DNA from: Welwitschia mirabilis | Lineage: Eukaryota | Reading direction: 5' to 3' | Length of the DNA: 20,000 nt | Assembly: GCA_051453625.1 (NCBI GenBank) | Contig: JBOZIK010000001.1 | Location: 43,463,416 to 43,483,415 of the forward strand | In this document: piece by piece, positions 9,230 to 18,989 of the stretch | How positions within the stretch are numbered: the first letter of the stretch is position 1 | How the letters are laid out: each line of letters starts with the position of its first letter | The notes under the pieces: model-generated | Seen by the model: only the letters and a program-made list of their open reading frames with translations | What the model was told of the DNA's origin: nothing | Database searches by the model: none | Made by a program: the position numbers and the translations under genes

Positions 9230-10594
9230 TGTTATGGTGTAAATTTATGTAATCCTGAAGTCCTTTAGATAAATCTATATATCAAATAACTTGCAGAAAA
9301 ACACACGCTAGTAAAGATGGGAGTTCACCTGAATGTCATAATCCCAATGAATGCACTAGAATAAGAGTTAGAGAATTGCTTTTCAAGATATGTTGGGTCT
9401 TTTTATCTTATAAAAATTGAAAGTAAATAATAAAGTAAATGCAATGCAAGTAAATGGAAATGAAATGCAAATGTAAGTGAAATGAGTTCTATTTGGTTTC
9501 TAATTCTTCTGTTATAATAACTAGTTCTCTATAATTCAAATTAATTAAGAAGATTACTTTACTTATTTCTAGCTAACATGAACTATGAGATATACCAAGT
9601 ATAATGAGGAATGCAATGCAAATGGAAATGGAATAACAATGCAATATAATACTAATAAAAGTTAACCTTAACAGAGGTTGTCCTTATGATCAAGATCAGT
9701 CATAGAATTACCACTTTAAACTATGATTAGTATAAACCATAAGGACATGTATAGAATTAAAATGAAAATACCAATTTTATTGATTTAAATAGTGATTGGA
9801 TTAATTCAAGAACTTTGCATCCACTTACAATAGAATAGTATCATCTCAATGGAAGAGAATTAGTCTAACACCAAGAAGACCCCTTTCTGTAGCGACTGGA
9901 TGGACCTCTTATTCTTCAATCTTCTATCAAAAGAATATTAGATATAAAAAGATAAATTAAAAGTAAGAAAAAGGGGAGTGTTTATAGTCTTACATTATAA
10001 TTTCTATAACCATAGCCCTAGAAGTTAGAGAAGAAACCCTAGTAGCCCAAGTGGGGTTCATGACCCCATTACAAGATAATTCAGTCCCGCTTATATAAAA
10101 TAGTTATTGTCCCCACTATTGTGGTGATGACACTAGGGATGATGCCCCATAATAATATATAAATCATCTATTTATAGCTTCATAATTGGCCCTGTGATTG
10201 GATTTAGATGTATTTTCATTTCTCATTCATGAAGACAACAGTGGAGACAACACCTCCTCAGAAACAGATCTCCATTGGCTCTAGGATCTAGTCCATGTTG
10301 CTATCACAATGTACCAATATAGTTCTATTGTCTCATCTATTATAGGGATGACAATGAGGATGATATTCTTCTAAATCTCCTCAAGTAAATCAACTTAGCC
10401 TTTTTAATCATTAATCTTCCTCCAACATGTGAAGTATTAAAACATGTCTAAACTGCCTCTAATTATGCCAAGAATTATGTGTTTTTGTGATTATCCTATT
10501 GACTCTCTATAAATAGCAAAATTGCATCAAAACCTATATAAATATCCTATACTTCAAATACACCATTGAATTCCTACAAATTGGCATTATAACA
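9230..10594 (-). repeat. LTR copy C (divergent subfamily), 3' LTR of 'element 2'
   Basis: TGTTATGG...CATTATAACA termini. Both ends align with A/B/E (e.g. ACACGCTAGT..GGGAGT..GAATGTCATAAT; AAATTGGCATTATAACA). PPT directly adjacent at 10598-10613. No PBS on its left side. Confidence 0.8.
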
Positions 10595-10597
10595 TAG

Positions 10598-10613
10598 TCC
10601 CCTACTTACCCTT
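10598..10613 (-). promoter_or_regulatory. Polypurine tract (PPT) of element 2
   Basis: Minus strand GTTAGGGACTGT-AAGGGTAAGTAGGGGA-CTA immediately precedes the LTR start TGTTATAATGCC. Resembles the Athila 3' end pattern (AGGGAC...TAAGT.GGGG). Confidence 0.75.
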
Positions 10614-10788
10614 ACAGTCCCTAACAAAGTCAGTGATCAACTATATTATGAGCCAATTTGACTAAGATAATCATCAATTAGAAAAATGGAATTTGAGCTT
10701 AATTTTACCATGCAAAAATTATTAACATAAGTTTATTAACTAATATAATTACTACTATAATCATAATCCCTCTACTTAAACACATCTC

Positions 10789-11399
10789 NNNNNNNNNNNN
10801 NNNNNNNNNNNNNNNNNNNNNNNNNNNNNNNNNNNNNNNNNNNNNNNNNNNNNNNNNNNNNNNNNNNNNNNNNNNNNNNNNNNNNNNNNNNNNNNNNNNN
10901 NNNNNNNNNNNNNNNNNNNNNNNNNNNNNNNNNNNNNNNNNNNNNNNNNNNNNNNNNNNNNNNNNNNNNNNNNNNNNNNNNNNNNNNNNNNNNNNNNNNN
11001 NNNNNNNNNNNNNNNNNNNNNNNNNNNNNNNNNNNNNNNNNNNNNNNNNNNNNNNNNNNNNNNNNNNNNNNNNNNNNNNNNNNNNNNNNNNNNNNNNNNN
11101 NNNNNNNNNNNNNNNNNNNNNNNNNNNNNNNNNNNNNNNNNNNNNNNNNNNNNNNNNNNNNNNNNNNNNNNNNNNNNNNNNNNNNNNNNNNNNNNNNNNN
11201 NNNNNNNNNNNNNNNNNNNNNNNNNNNNNNNNNNNNNNNNNNNNNNNNNNNNNNNNNNNNNNNNNNNNNNNNNNNNNNNNNNNNNNNNNNNNNNNNNNNN
11301 NNNNNNNNNNNNNNNNNNNNNNNNNNNNNNNNNNNNNNNNNNNNNNNNNNNNNNNNNNNNNNNNNNNNNNNNNNNNNNNNNNNNNNNNNNNNNNNNNNN
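10789..11399. other. Assembly gap (611 N)
   Basis: Run of N. Confidence 1.
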
Positions 11400-12576
11400 G
11401 TGTAATAATAATAGTTCATAAAATGATAATGTGTAAGTATAATTTGAGAAAGTAATGCTAAAACTGATGTGTAAAACTTAAGTAATAATAATATCAAATA
11501 ATGATGCATGAAAAGTTCATTAATATTTTCTACAAGGACAAAGTAAAAGAGTAATCATGACATTCTTTTCCTTTAGATAATCTAAAACATACTTGTTAAA
11601 AACTTAATGAGTATACTATTGTGCTCATACTAAATAAAGTTCATGAAATTTATTCAAGTAACATGAAATCATATCCAAATAACTAATTAGAAATACATAT
11701 TATGAAAGCTCAAATTGATCCTTTAAAATTTAAAAATTATAAAATTTTTTCTTAATATCACAGAAGAAAGCTTGAAGAGGTGCCCTATCCTAGAGGTAAA
11801 GCAAGACATCTTGGCTTGCACAAAGTAAAAATAATGACTATCATCCTATCTATCATGGGAATGATATATGTGGAACAACAGTGGAAAAATGAGATGACTA
11901 AATAAACTAGGAAAAATTTGAAAAAGTTTGAAAGCAAGCAAGTAGTCAAAAACCAGCAAAAAAACAAAAATATGATTAAAAAAAGTGAATAAATATCTAG
12001 AAAAATGTGACCATAATGAAAGAGGCTTAAGAGACATAAGAATACATTAAGTAAAAAAAAGCAAGTCTTAGAATTATTCTACAAATGTATCCCAAACTCT
12101 ATGAGGATTCAAGATGTGTAAGTGGATGTATGCAAAACCAAAAGAAAAAAGGAAAAACATTAGCATAAAACAAAAGGAATACCTTAATTAAAGTGAAAAA
12201 AAGTAATCAAAATAAAGTTCTTAAAAGAAAGATAACCCTTATAAACAAATATTAGGAGTGAAAATAAAAAGACAACTAAAAAATGACCAATTAATTAAGT
12301 CCCAATTATTGTGTGGAAAAGATACATAAATGGATTTAAAAATTTCAAATAAAACAACTAAGAAAAACATAATTAGAATGGATAAATAGAAACATGAAGA
12401 ACATTTCTGTCTTATCTAAAATTCCACCCTAGCAATGTTCCTTAGAAGAAATTATAAAATCATCTGATATTGATGCATGACATAACAAAAAAATTCATAG
12501 AGATCCATTCAAATAGGCAATGATTATGATGATGTTAAGTATGTATAATGTTATTAAATAATGAATGATAAGATAA

Positions 12577-13280
12577 AAGGTTGTTAAAATATGAACTTAC
12601 AAGCTATCATCTCAATATAAAACTAGAATCTAAAAAAGTAAAGTGATTATGTGAAAGTACTATAAAAAAGTAAATAAAATGGATCTAGAAAATAAGAAAT
12701 TCCTCTGATGATGCTAGGTATATATCTAATCTCATAGCCTCTAAGTACAATTTTATTTTACCATGATGAGGAGAGTGAAACCATTGTCAGAGTAGTAAGG
12801 ACCCATACAACATGACCAATTAACCCCCCAATGTAGTTCCCATAGCTACCATACCACACTGCCAAACGCCTCTCTTAGGNNNNNNNNNNNNNNNNNNNNN
12901 NNNNNNNNNNNNNNNNNNNNNNNNNNNNNNNNNNNNNNNNNNNNNNNNNNNNNNNNNNNNNNNNNNNNNNNNNNNNNNNAAAAGATATTAAAATAGAAAC
13001 TTACAAGTTATCATCTCAAAACAATAATAGAATCCAAAAAAGTAAATTCATCAAGTGGAAGTACTATCAATAAGTAAATAAAATGAGTTTAGAAAATAAG
13101 CAATGCCTCTGATAACACTAGAGAAATCATTGATATTATAGCCTCTAAGTACAATTTTATTTGACCATGATGAGGGAAGTGCAACCACTATCAGAGAAGT
13201 AAGGACCCATACAACATGGCCAACTGATCCCTCAGTGGAGTTCACATAGCTATCATATCACACTGTCAAAGGCCCCTCTC
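12577..13280. repeat. Imperfect ~300-bp direct duplication (12577-12879 vs 12980-13280) flanking a 100-N gap
   Basis: Nearly ungapped match, roughly 75% by eye, with shared blocks AACTTACAAG.TATCATCTCAA, GCCTCTAAGTACAATTTTATTT.ACCATGATGAGG and AGTAAGGACCCATACAACATG. Confidence 0.9.
12880..12979. other. Assembly gap (100 N placeholder)
   Basis: Exactly 100 N. Confidence 1.
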
Positions 13281-13789
13281 AAGAATACTGGCCCAGGTGT
13301 TCTTGTAGTAGGACATCATGGGGGTTATATAACATGAAAGAGTATGGCCTTTTTTGCTTTTCTTTCTTTCTTTAATTTTGCCTCTTTTTTCCTTCTTCTT
13401 CTTTTTTTTTTCTTTTTTTTAATGGAAATGAATCCACATGAACAATACTCATAAGGATAAAAGTAAAGTAATGAGATGAATAACAAGGAAGAACATGCTA
13501 AAATAACTAATTACTCATACCATTAAAAGAAAATAAAAGAATCAAGACATATTTCTTTAAAATGAAGTTCATAGACATACGGATGTCTAAAGATTGGATG
13601 AATCCAATCTTATCATTTAAAATGCCCAAGTAAAATATTTACTAATCATGGTAACTTCATAAAGTAAAATATTAATCAAGTAAAGATGTTTAAGTGATAA
13701 CATGACATTTTCCAAAAGAATTAGCTAAAGAAAAATTTAGATAATGGTAAGGAAAAATCCAAGACAAGTGCTTCTATCATGTTTAAGGT

Positions 13790-13968
13790 TGAATAAATAG
13801 ATATGTTAATGATTTTTAATCTTTTATACATTAACTTTTGAATTTCCCAATGTTCAAGTTGAAGGTTTTATTTGAGCCATTTTAAGATATAATTTTTCTA
13901 AAAGATAAGGAGATAGTCATTGAGAAGTTTAACTAGTTATGTAAAAAATAAACTCAGGTATTGTATTT
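13790..13968 (-). pseudogene. Second integrase C-terminal remnant
   Basis: Nucleotide homology to 3650-3835 (GAAGGT....T..GAGCCATT; TTATGTAAAA..ACTCAGGTATTGTA = YNT.V..LHN motif), with frameshifts. Confidence 0.7.
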
Positions 13969-13974
13969 TTCAAA

Positions 13975-15129
13975 AAAATAAGGGCTAAACCAAATAGAAA
14001 TTAATTGATAAAACATAAAAGGTATGTAATCAGTTTGAAGTAAAATCAATTGGAGATAAAAAAAAGTAAGATGATAAAACTTTGATATAATATTTTTTTA
14101 AATTAAACTAAGAGATAAAGAAGTGATAAATTTCATCGACAAATAATCTCTTATAAAAAAATTATAAAGCATGAGTATCATTAGATAATTCATTCAAGGT
14201 ACTACTCAAAGAATGAAGCCAAGAAGTTTTTAAGGGATTTTGAGAATGATGAATAAGATTTAGAAGCATCTTAAGATTCAACTCTAAGGCTAATGCACTG
14301 ATTAAAGATTTATTGAAGACCATCATTCACCTCATTATCTAGATAACAAGATGGATGATAATGCCAACATAAAGTTGACTAAGGTCTAACTGGAAGCTGA
14401 TGTGGATTTGATCATAAGATGGAATCATCTCCTTTATCATCTGGATGACTGGTCGAACAACACTATTGTAATGCTTGCACTAAATGATTCACCTTTTACC
14501 ACTTGTATTTTGTTTTCTTTCTACATGGTCGTTAGGGTCTATCCATGTGTTTATGTTTGTACCATTTCATGTCTTGAGTCAATAAATAGAGGTCTCCTCC
14601 TTAATCCACTTTATCTTCATTTGCACCTAACATTCTCATAACAGGAGATTGAGGGATCGAAGAACCATCCTATAGTTTTAGAGAGATGTTTTCTTAGTGT
14701 TGGATGGAATTTCCTCCATTGAGGTTTGATTACTTTGTAATACAGATGTGGTGTGATTTTAAATATAAAACATTTCTTATCATGCTTTAATGCATCAATG
14801 ATCTTCTTCCTTATATCTTATGTTGCTTGAGATCTGATGACAGTTTCTATTGTAATATAGGTTACAAGGGCAACCTTAGGTGCATTGTTATTTTATTTTC
14901 ATAGATTAGCCTTATACCGCTGTCTTTCATTACATTTTCATGCATTGCAAGTTATTTTTATAGGTTAGGTTACAGTTTTTCTCTCTTAAAAGTAACTCTC
15001 TTATTTTCATATTTTAGCCTTTGATGGATTAGGACATTTGGATAACTTCCATATCTATTAGTGTGTTGTGTTTGTGATTAATAAGATTCTACTCAGGATG
15101 TAGACATTGCATAAATACATACCACAACA
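13975..15129 (+). repeat. LTR copy D in inverted orientation; 5' terminus lost or unrecognisable
   Basis: Ends ...GCATAAATACATACCACAACA, whose reverse complement TGTTGTGGTATGTATTTATGCAATG matches the start of E/A/B. 14570-14690 is the reverse complement of A 820-920. TATA-like AATAAATA at 14581. No PBS after it. Confidence 0.8.
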
Positions 15130-15131
15130 AA

Positions 15132-15467
15132 GAGTCAAAGTAGAATCCCATCTCATTTATAATATAATAAATCATAACTCAATAAATGTATGGCTTTCTT
15201 ATGGATATGGAGAAAAAGATCATAGGTAGGATGATTAAGTAGATGAGTAGCTTAAATTTCAGAATAATGGAGTTGATGAAAGAACTAAATGAGAGGATGA
15301 TAGCCACTAAGAAGAGAGTGTTTTGGATGAAGTAGAGAATTACAATTGATCTTCTAGAGATGATGTACATATAGCATGTACAAATGAAAATAGCCATATG
15401 TAAGCATTGGAGCTTTTTCTTTCCTATGGAATAAGAGTGCATACCATCTCCTCTACCATACTCTTAA
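15132..15467 (+). pseudogene. Decayed C-terminus of a probable Athila extra ('env-like') ORF with coiled-coil character
   Basis: One frame reads ..MYGFLMDMEKKIIGRMIK*MSSLNFRIMELMKELNERMIATKKRVFWMK*RITIDLLEMMYI*HVQMKIAICKHWSFFFPME*ECIPSPLPYS*. All internal stops are TAG/TAA, compatible with CAG/CAA deamination. Lies ~500 bp upstream of LTR F, in the same sense. Confidence 0.5.
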
Positions 15468-15585
15468 CTTATAAAAATTAAGTTCCATATATTAAATTGA
15501 GATAAATGATTATATGATTAGTTTATATTATATTAGAAGATTTTGCTTATATGAGGTATTCAAAATTATATTTTCATTATATATC

Positions 15586-15603
15586 TATATATATATATAT
15601 ATA
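15586..15603. repeat. (TA)9 microsatellite
   Basis: TATATATATATATATATA read directly. Confidence 0.9.
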
Positions 15604-15982
15604 GATTTTGAGTAAATTCTTTATGTTATGAGTGATTTAAATTCCTTAGTATATCACAGAAATTGTTATAGGATTTCACAGTATCACAAGGATTTAATTA
15701 CATGTCAAAGATGTTTAAAAGATTATAAGAATAAAAAAATTAACTATTAAGTATGTCATTCGTCATATCATCTAGATGACTCTATAAGGATTAAACTTAA
15801 TTTTTTTTCTTATTTTCTATATATAACCTTGCATTCAAAAATCTAGAAATTTGGGTCAACATGCTAAGTACTTGAAACTTAGTTATATCTCATTTCAGTA
15901 ATTATTTTTCTATGTTAATTTATATCAATAATATATTACCCCCTTTCCTTATTAGAAACTAATAAATTCTAGGTGAGTGCTA

Positions 15983-17305
15983 TGTTATGAGATCAAATTG
16001 ATTGTATTTGATAATATTATAAGTATGTTTTAAGATTGATTAATAGGTTAATGAGGAAGTTTATGATTACTATATGTGATAATAAGATAACCAAATTTAA
16101 TGTGATAATGAAATACTTAAGGAATAAATTCAAGGTATTATGGGATCTTAAAAGGTAGAGGAAACTAGGGATGATGATCAAAGTAGAGAATGAAGGAAAA
16201 GACATATCATCTATTAGGTCACACAGATAATAGAAGGAAGATGATAGTTAAGGAATAAATCATCTTTAAAGATGTATCATTCACACTATTATTCGAATCA
16301 TACACAATAATGACTGATAGTTGAATAAGGATAATTAATAAGAAATATTATTTAACTATCATCTAGATTATACTATAGAAAAAGGATAATTAACAAGAGA
16401 TGTTATCCAATGTATTCGTTGGATGAAATAATCAAATGACTATTAGCAAAGCAACATCAAACTATCAAGTGTCATGTGTTCATAGGTAGTTAAATTATCA
16501 TCTATCATGGTGTTTAGATAATACAATTGAATAATACTTAATTATTTATTAAAAAAGAATCATTAAAAAAGAATCATCCTTATAATAAAGATTATTTTTT
16601 ATCATTTCCTTTCAAATAATACCTTTTAGCCTAACTAATCATTGACTCTAAACTATAAATAAACTTTCTTAGACATTATTTTATCATCTTTGCTACATCT
16701 TAATCTTATGATGAGTTGAACATTAAAGGGTAAGTCATTCATCTTGTATTACAATGAAGGTATTATCAGTGTTAGGCTATGATCTCTCCATTAAGAAGCT
16801 TTTTATTATAAGTAAATGAAAAATAATTTGATCAACTTACTAAAGATTAATTAAATTATGTTTTTTCTATTAAATTCTCTCATTTTCCTTATAGGTTTTA
16901 TTGATTATAAGCTAGTATCATAATTTTATAATTGATATAGATTATAAGATTTGATTTAAGTGATAATAGGTTAGTTAATCAACTAGTACTTATGTATAGA
17001 TTTCATTATTTAATTTGCATTTTCATTTAGTAAATTTCATCTTCATCCATTTCATTCACTTCATTTGAATTACTTTCATTTCAAATTTAATTCAAAAAAA
17101 TTAGAAAACCATTTTATATTTTATCTTATGCAGATTAATTTTATAACTTTCTACTAAAAGTATTATTTAAGCTTATGATATTTGGATCTGGTCACATTAA
17201 GCAAGTTTATTTTATGCATGCAATTATTAATTAAATATTTAGATGTTATGATTAAAAACATGTTGAGGTTATTAAGATTTTGAAGTACACATATGCACCA
17301 CAGTA
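15983..17305 (+). repeat. Highly decayed LTR copy F (probably the 3' LTR of a plus-strand element)
   Basis: Start TGTTATGAGATCAAATTGATTGTATTTGATAAT aligns with the reverse complement of the B/A right end. Preceded by a PPT-like remnant TTAGAAACT..AGGTGAGTGCTA. TATAAATA at 16654. TTCAT/TTGCAT repeats like those of C. End GCACCACAGTA approximates CACCATAACA. Confidence 0.65.
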
Positions 17306-18989
17306 AGTAACTTGATTGGACGTTTCATTATTTTCAAGGCTATCTAATTATAAGGCATTATCTTATGTATTTGTTTTTCTTGCAAAAGATTAAGCTCTTT
17401 AAGAAATCATATAAAGTAATTATCCTAAATTCTTAGAATAATATAATTATCCTACATGATTATTACTTATACATATAAGGTAATGGCATTTTAGTGAGTT
17501 GAATTCGTCATACTTCTAGTGTTGTTTAGAAAATTAAAATTATCATGGACATGATTAATGTCATAATCACCTAGGTGTTGGGGTTATGATAAACCTTATG
17601 AATGCTTAGGCATTTGAAATATACCAGCCATTATTATTAAAGTATTAGAACCATTATTAATATAATCTTTATAATTATTGGAATTGACATGAATGTAATT
17701 TGTTATCTATTTAGGAAGTAGGAATATCATTGATATAATTAAAGTAATTATTATTAAAAGATATGATTAAATTCATGTTTATCTAGGAATTAGGGTTATC
17801 TTGGCTTAATTTATAGTTACTTGGAACCTCACATTATTCAAGGTATAATTAATTTTATTCAAGGTTTAGAATTATTAAAAATATAATTAACTTTAATAGT
17901 TGGTTACAACTAAAGTTATGATTGTTAGGAAGAAATATTGTTGAAAGATATAATTGACTTTATATTCTTGTACATTTTTAAATGCTTAATCTAGGTTTCA
18001 TTTAAGTTAATCTAGAGCTCTAATATCATTATGTAACACCTTAGCTTTTTTTTACTCTAATTAAGTACTACTTTTTTTCTTTCTTTAGTACTATTACTAA
18101 ATAGATATAATAGAACCTAGGATTAAATTCTACTTATTATTATCATTGTTATTTTTATTAGTATTTTTATATTTTAGAAAAAATATATTACATTATTATT
18201 ATACATTTAACGATAAGTAGTTTTTAGGCTATTTTAGTTTACAAATAATAGTGATGTTTTAAGTCTATATTTTATATTTGTTTCCATTTTTGTATTACAT
18301 AGTGAGATATCTTAAATATGGTTGAGAAGATATAAACTTGTTTTAAAATATACATGGATAAGTTTGAGGATAGTGTCTAAGTAATATAATATAGGAGTTA
18401 AATGATTAGCAAAAATATACTTGTTATGGATCGTTCAAAACTATTGCAAACTTACCTCAAGATTCCAACTAGTTATTTCAAAGGACTTAACAATCAGATT
18501 CATTAATCCTATTATCCTATAACAACCAAAAACATTCCTTTATATAATTTGGACTATCATATGACTTAAATACCTTTTTGTGAAAACTATTAATTATGCT
18601 TAATTATCATCACTCTTTATTTTCTATATTTCAATCTTCATTCTTTATATCTACATTACATTATGATTAAAAATAAGAAAATTGGCTTATAATTAATGTC
18701 AAGGATTATTGCCAAATCCCACTATATTGATGGAGGACTATCACAAAGTTCTAGTGATGTGAAATTATTGCTTAAATTAAAAATATAAGAAAACAAGCCT
18801 TTTTTCTATCTTCTTATATCTACTTATTTATTTTTTTATATTTAATTTATGAGATAAATTGCTATATATTTAGTCATATATTTAAATATCCATCTCAATT
18901 GAATATAATTTAGATTATTGATAATTATGTGGAATTGTAGATTGTATAATTAAATTATTAATTTTTTAAATCACAAAAGGTTTCTTTAG

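Larger units (their letters stand above)
10595..13970 (-). mobile_element. 3' internal (post-pol) region and integrase tail of Athila-type 'element 2'; 5'-truncated and possibly two copies joined across a gap
   Basis: Colinear homology with element 1 (12370-12540 vs 1455-1625; 13165-13330 vs 1812-1834+3050-3195; 13590-13790 vs 3420-3650). Ends in PPT plus LTR C. Confidence 0.75.

Noticed and set aside
9430-9645. AAATG/GCAAT short repeats as a satellite
   Set aside because: Low-complexity part of the LTR (mirrored in F at about 17015-17085), not a separate element.
335-10594. LTR A + internal + LTR C as one intact element
   Set aside because: A and C are different subfamilies. The PBS lies outside A, the PPT lies outside C, and there is no shared TSD.
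11785-12037. Hydrophobic minus-strand ORFs as env transmembrane proteins (also 15179-15442, 16017-16205)
   Set aside because: F/L/I richness follows from T-rich composition. They have no motifs, and two of them are antisense to other features.
12705-12785. Hammerhead ribozyme core (CTGATGA ... GAAA)
   Set aside because: No supporting stems I-III, and the paralogue reads CTGATAA.
12846-12879. 5S rRNA-like words (CCATACCACACTG...) suggesting a Cassandra-type 5S domain
   Set aside because: Only a short resemblance, closer to animal than plant 5S, with no convincing A/IE/C boxes. An Infernal search with the 5S model would settle it.
13167-13228. C/D box snoRNA (ATGATGA ... CTGA)
   Set aside because: Box D is not kept in the other two copies (TTAA, CTAA), there is no terminal stem, and I recognise no rRNA guide.
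16205-16536. Regularly spaced palindromic repeats as a CRISPR array
   Set aside because: Degenerate units inside a eukaryotic LTR, with no cas genes or constant repeat-spacer structure.
13975-17305. LTR D + 850 bp + LTR F as a non-autonomous (TRIM/LARD-like) element
   Set aside because: No PBS after D, D and F are too divergent to be a pair, and the inner ORF remnant begins abruptly at D's end.
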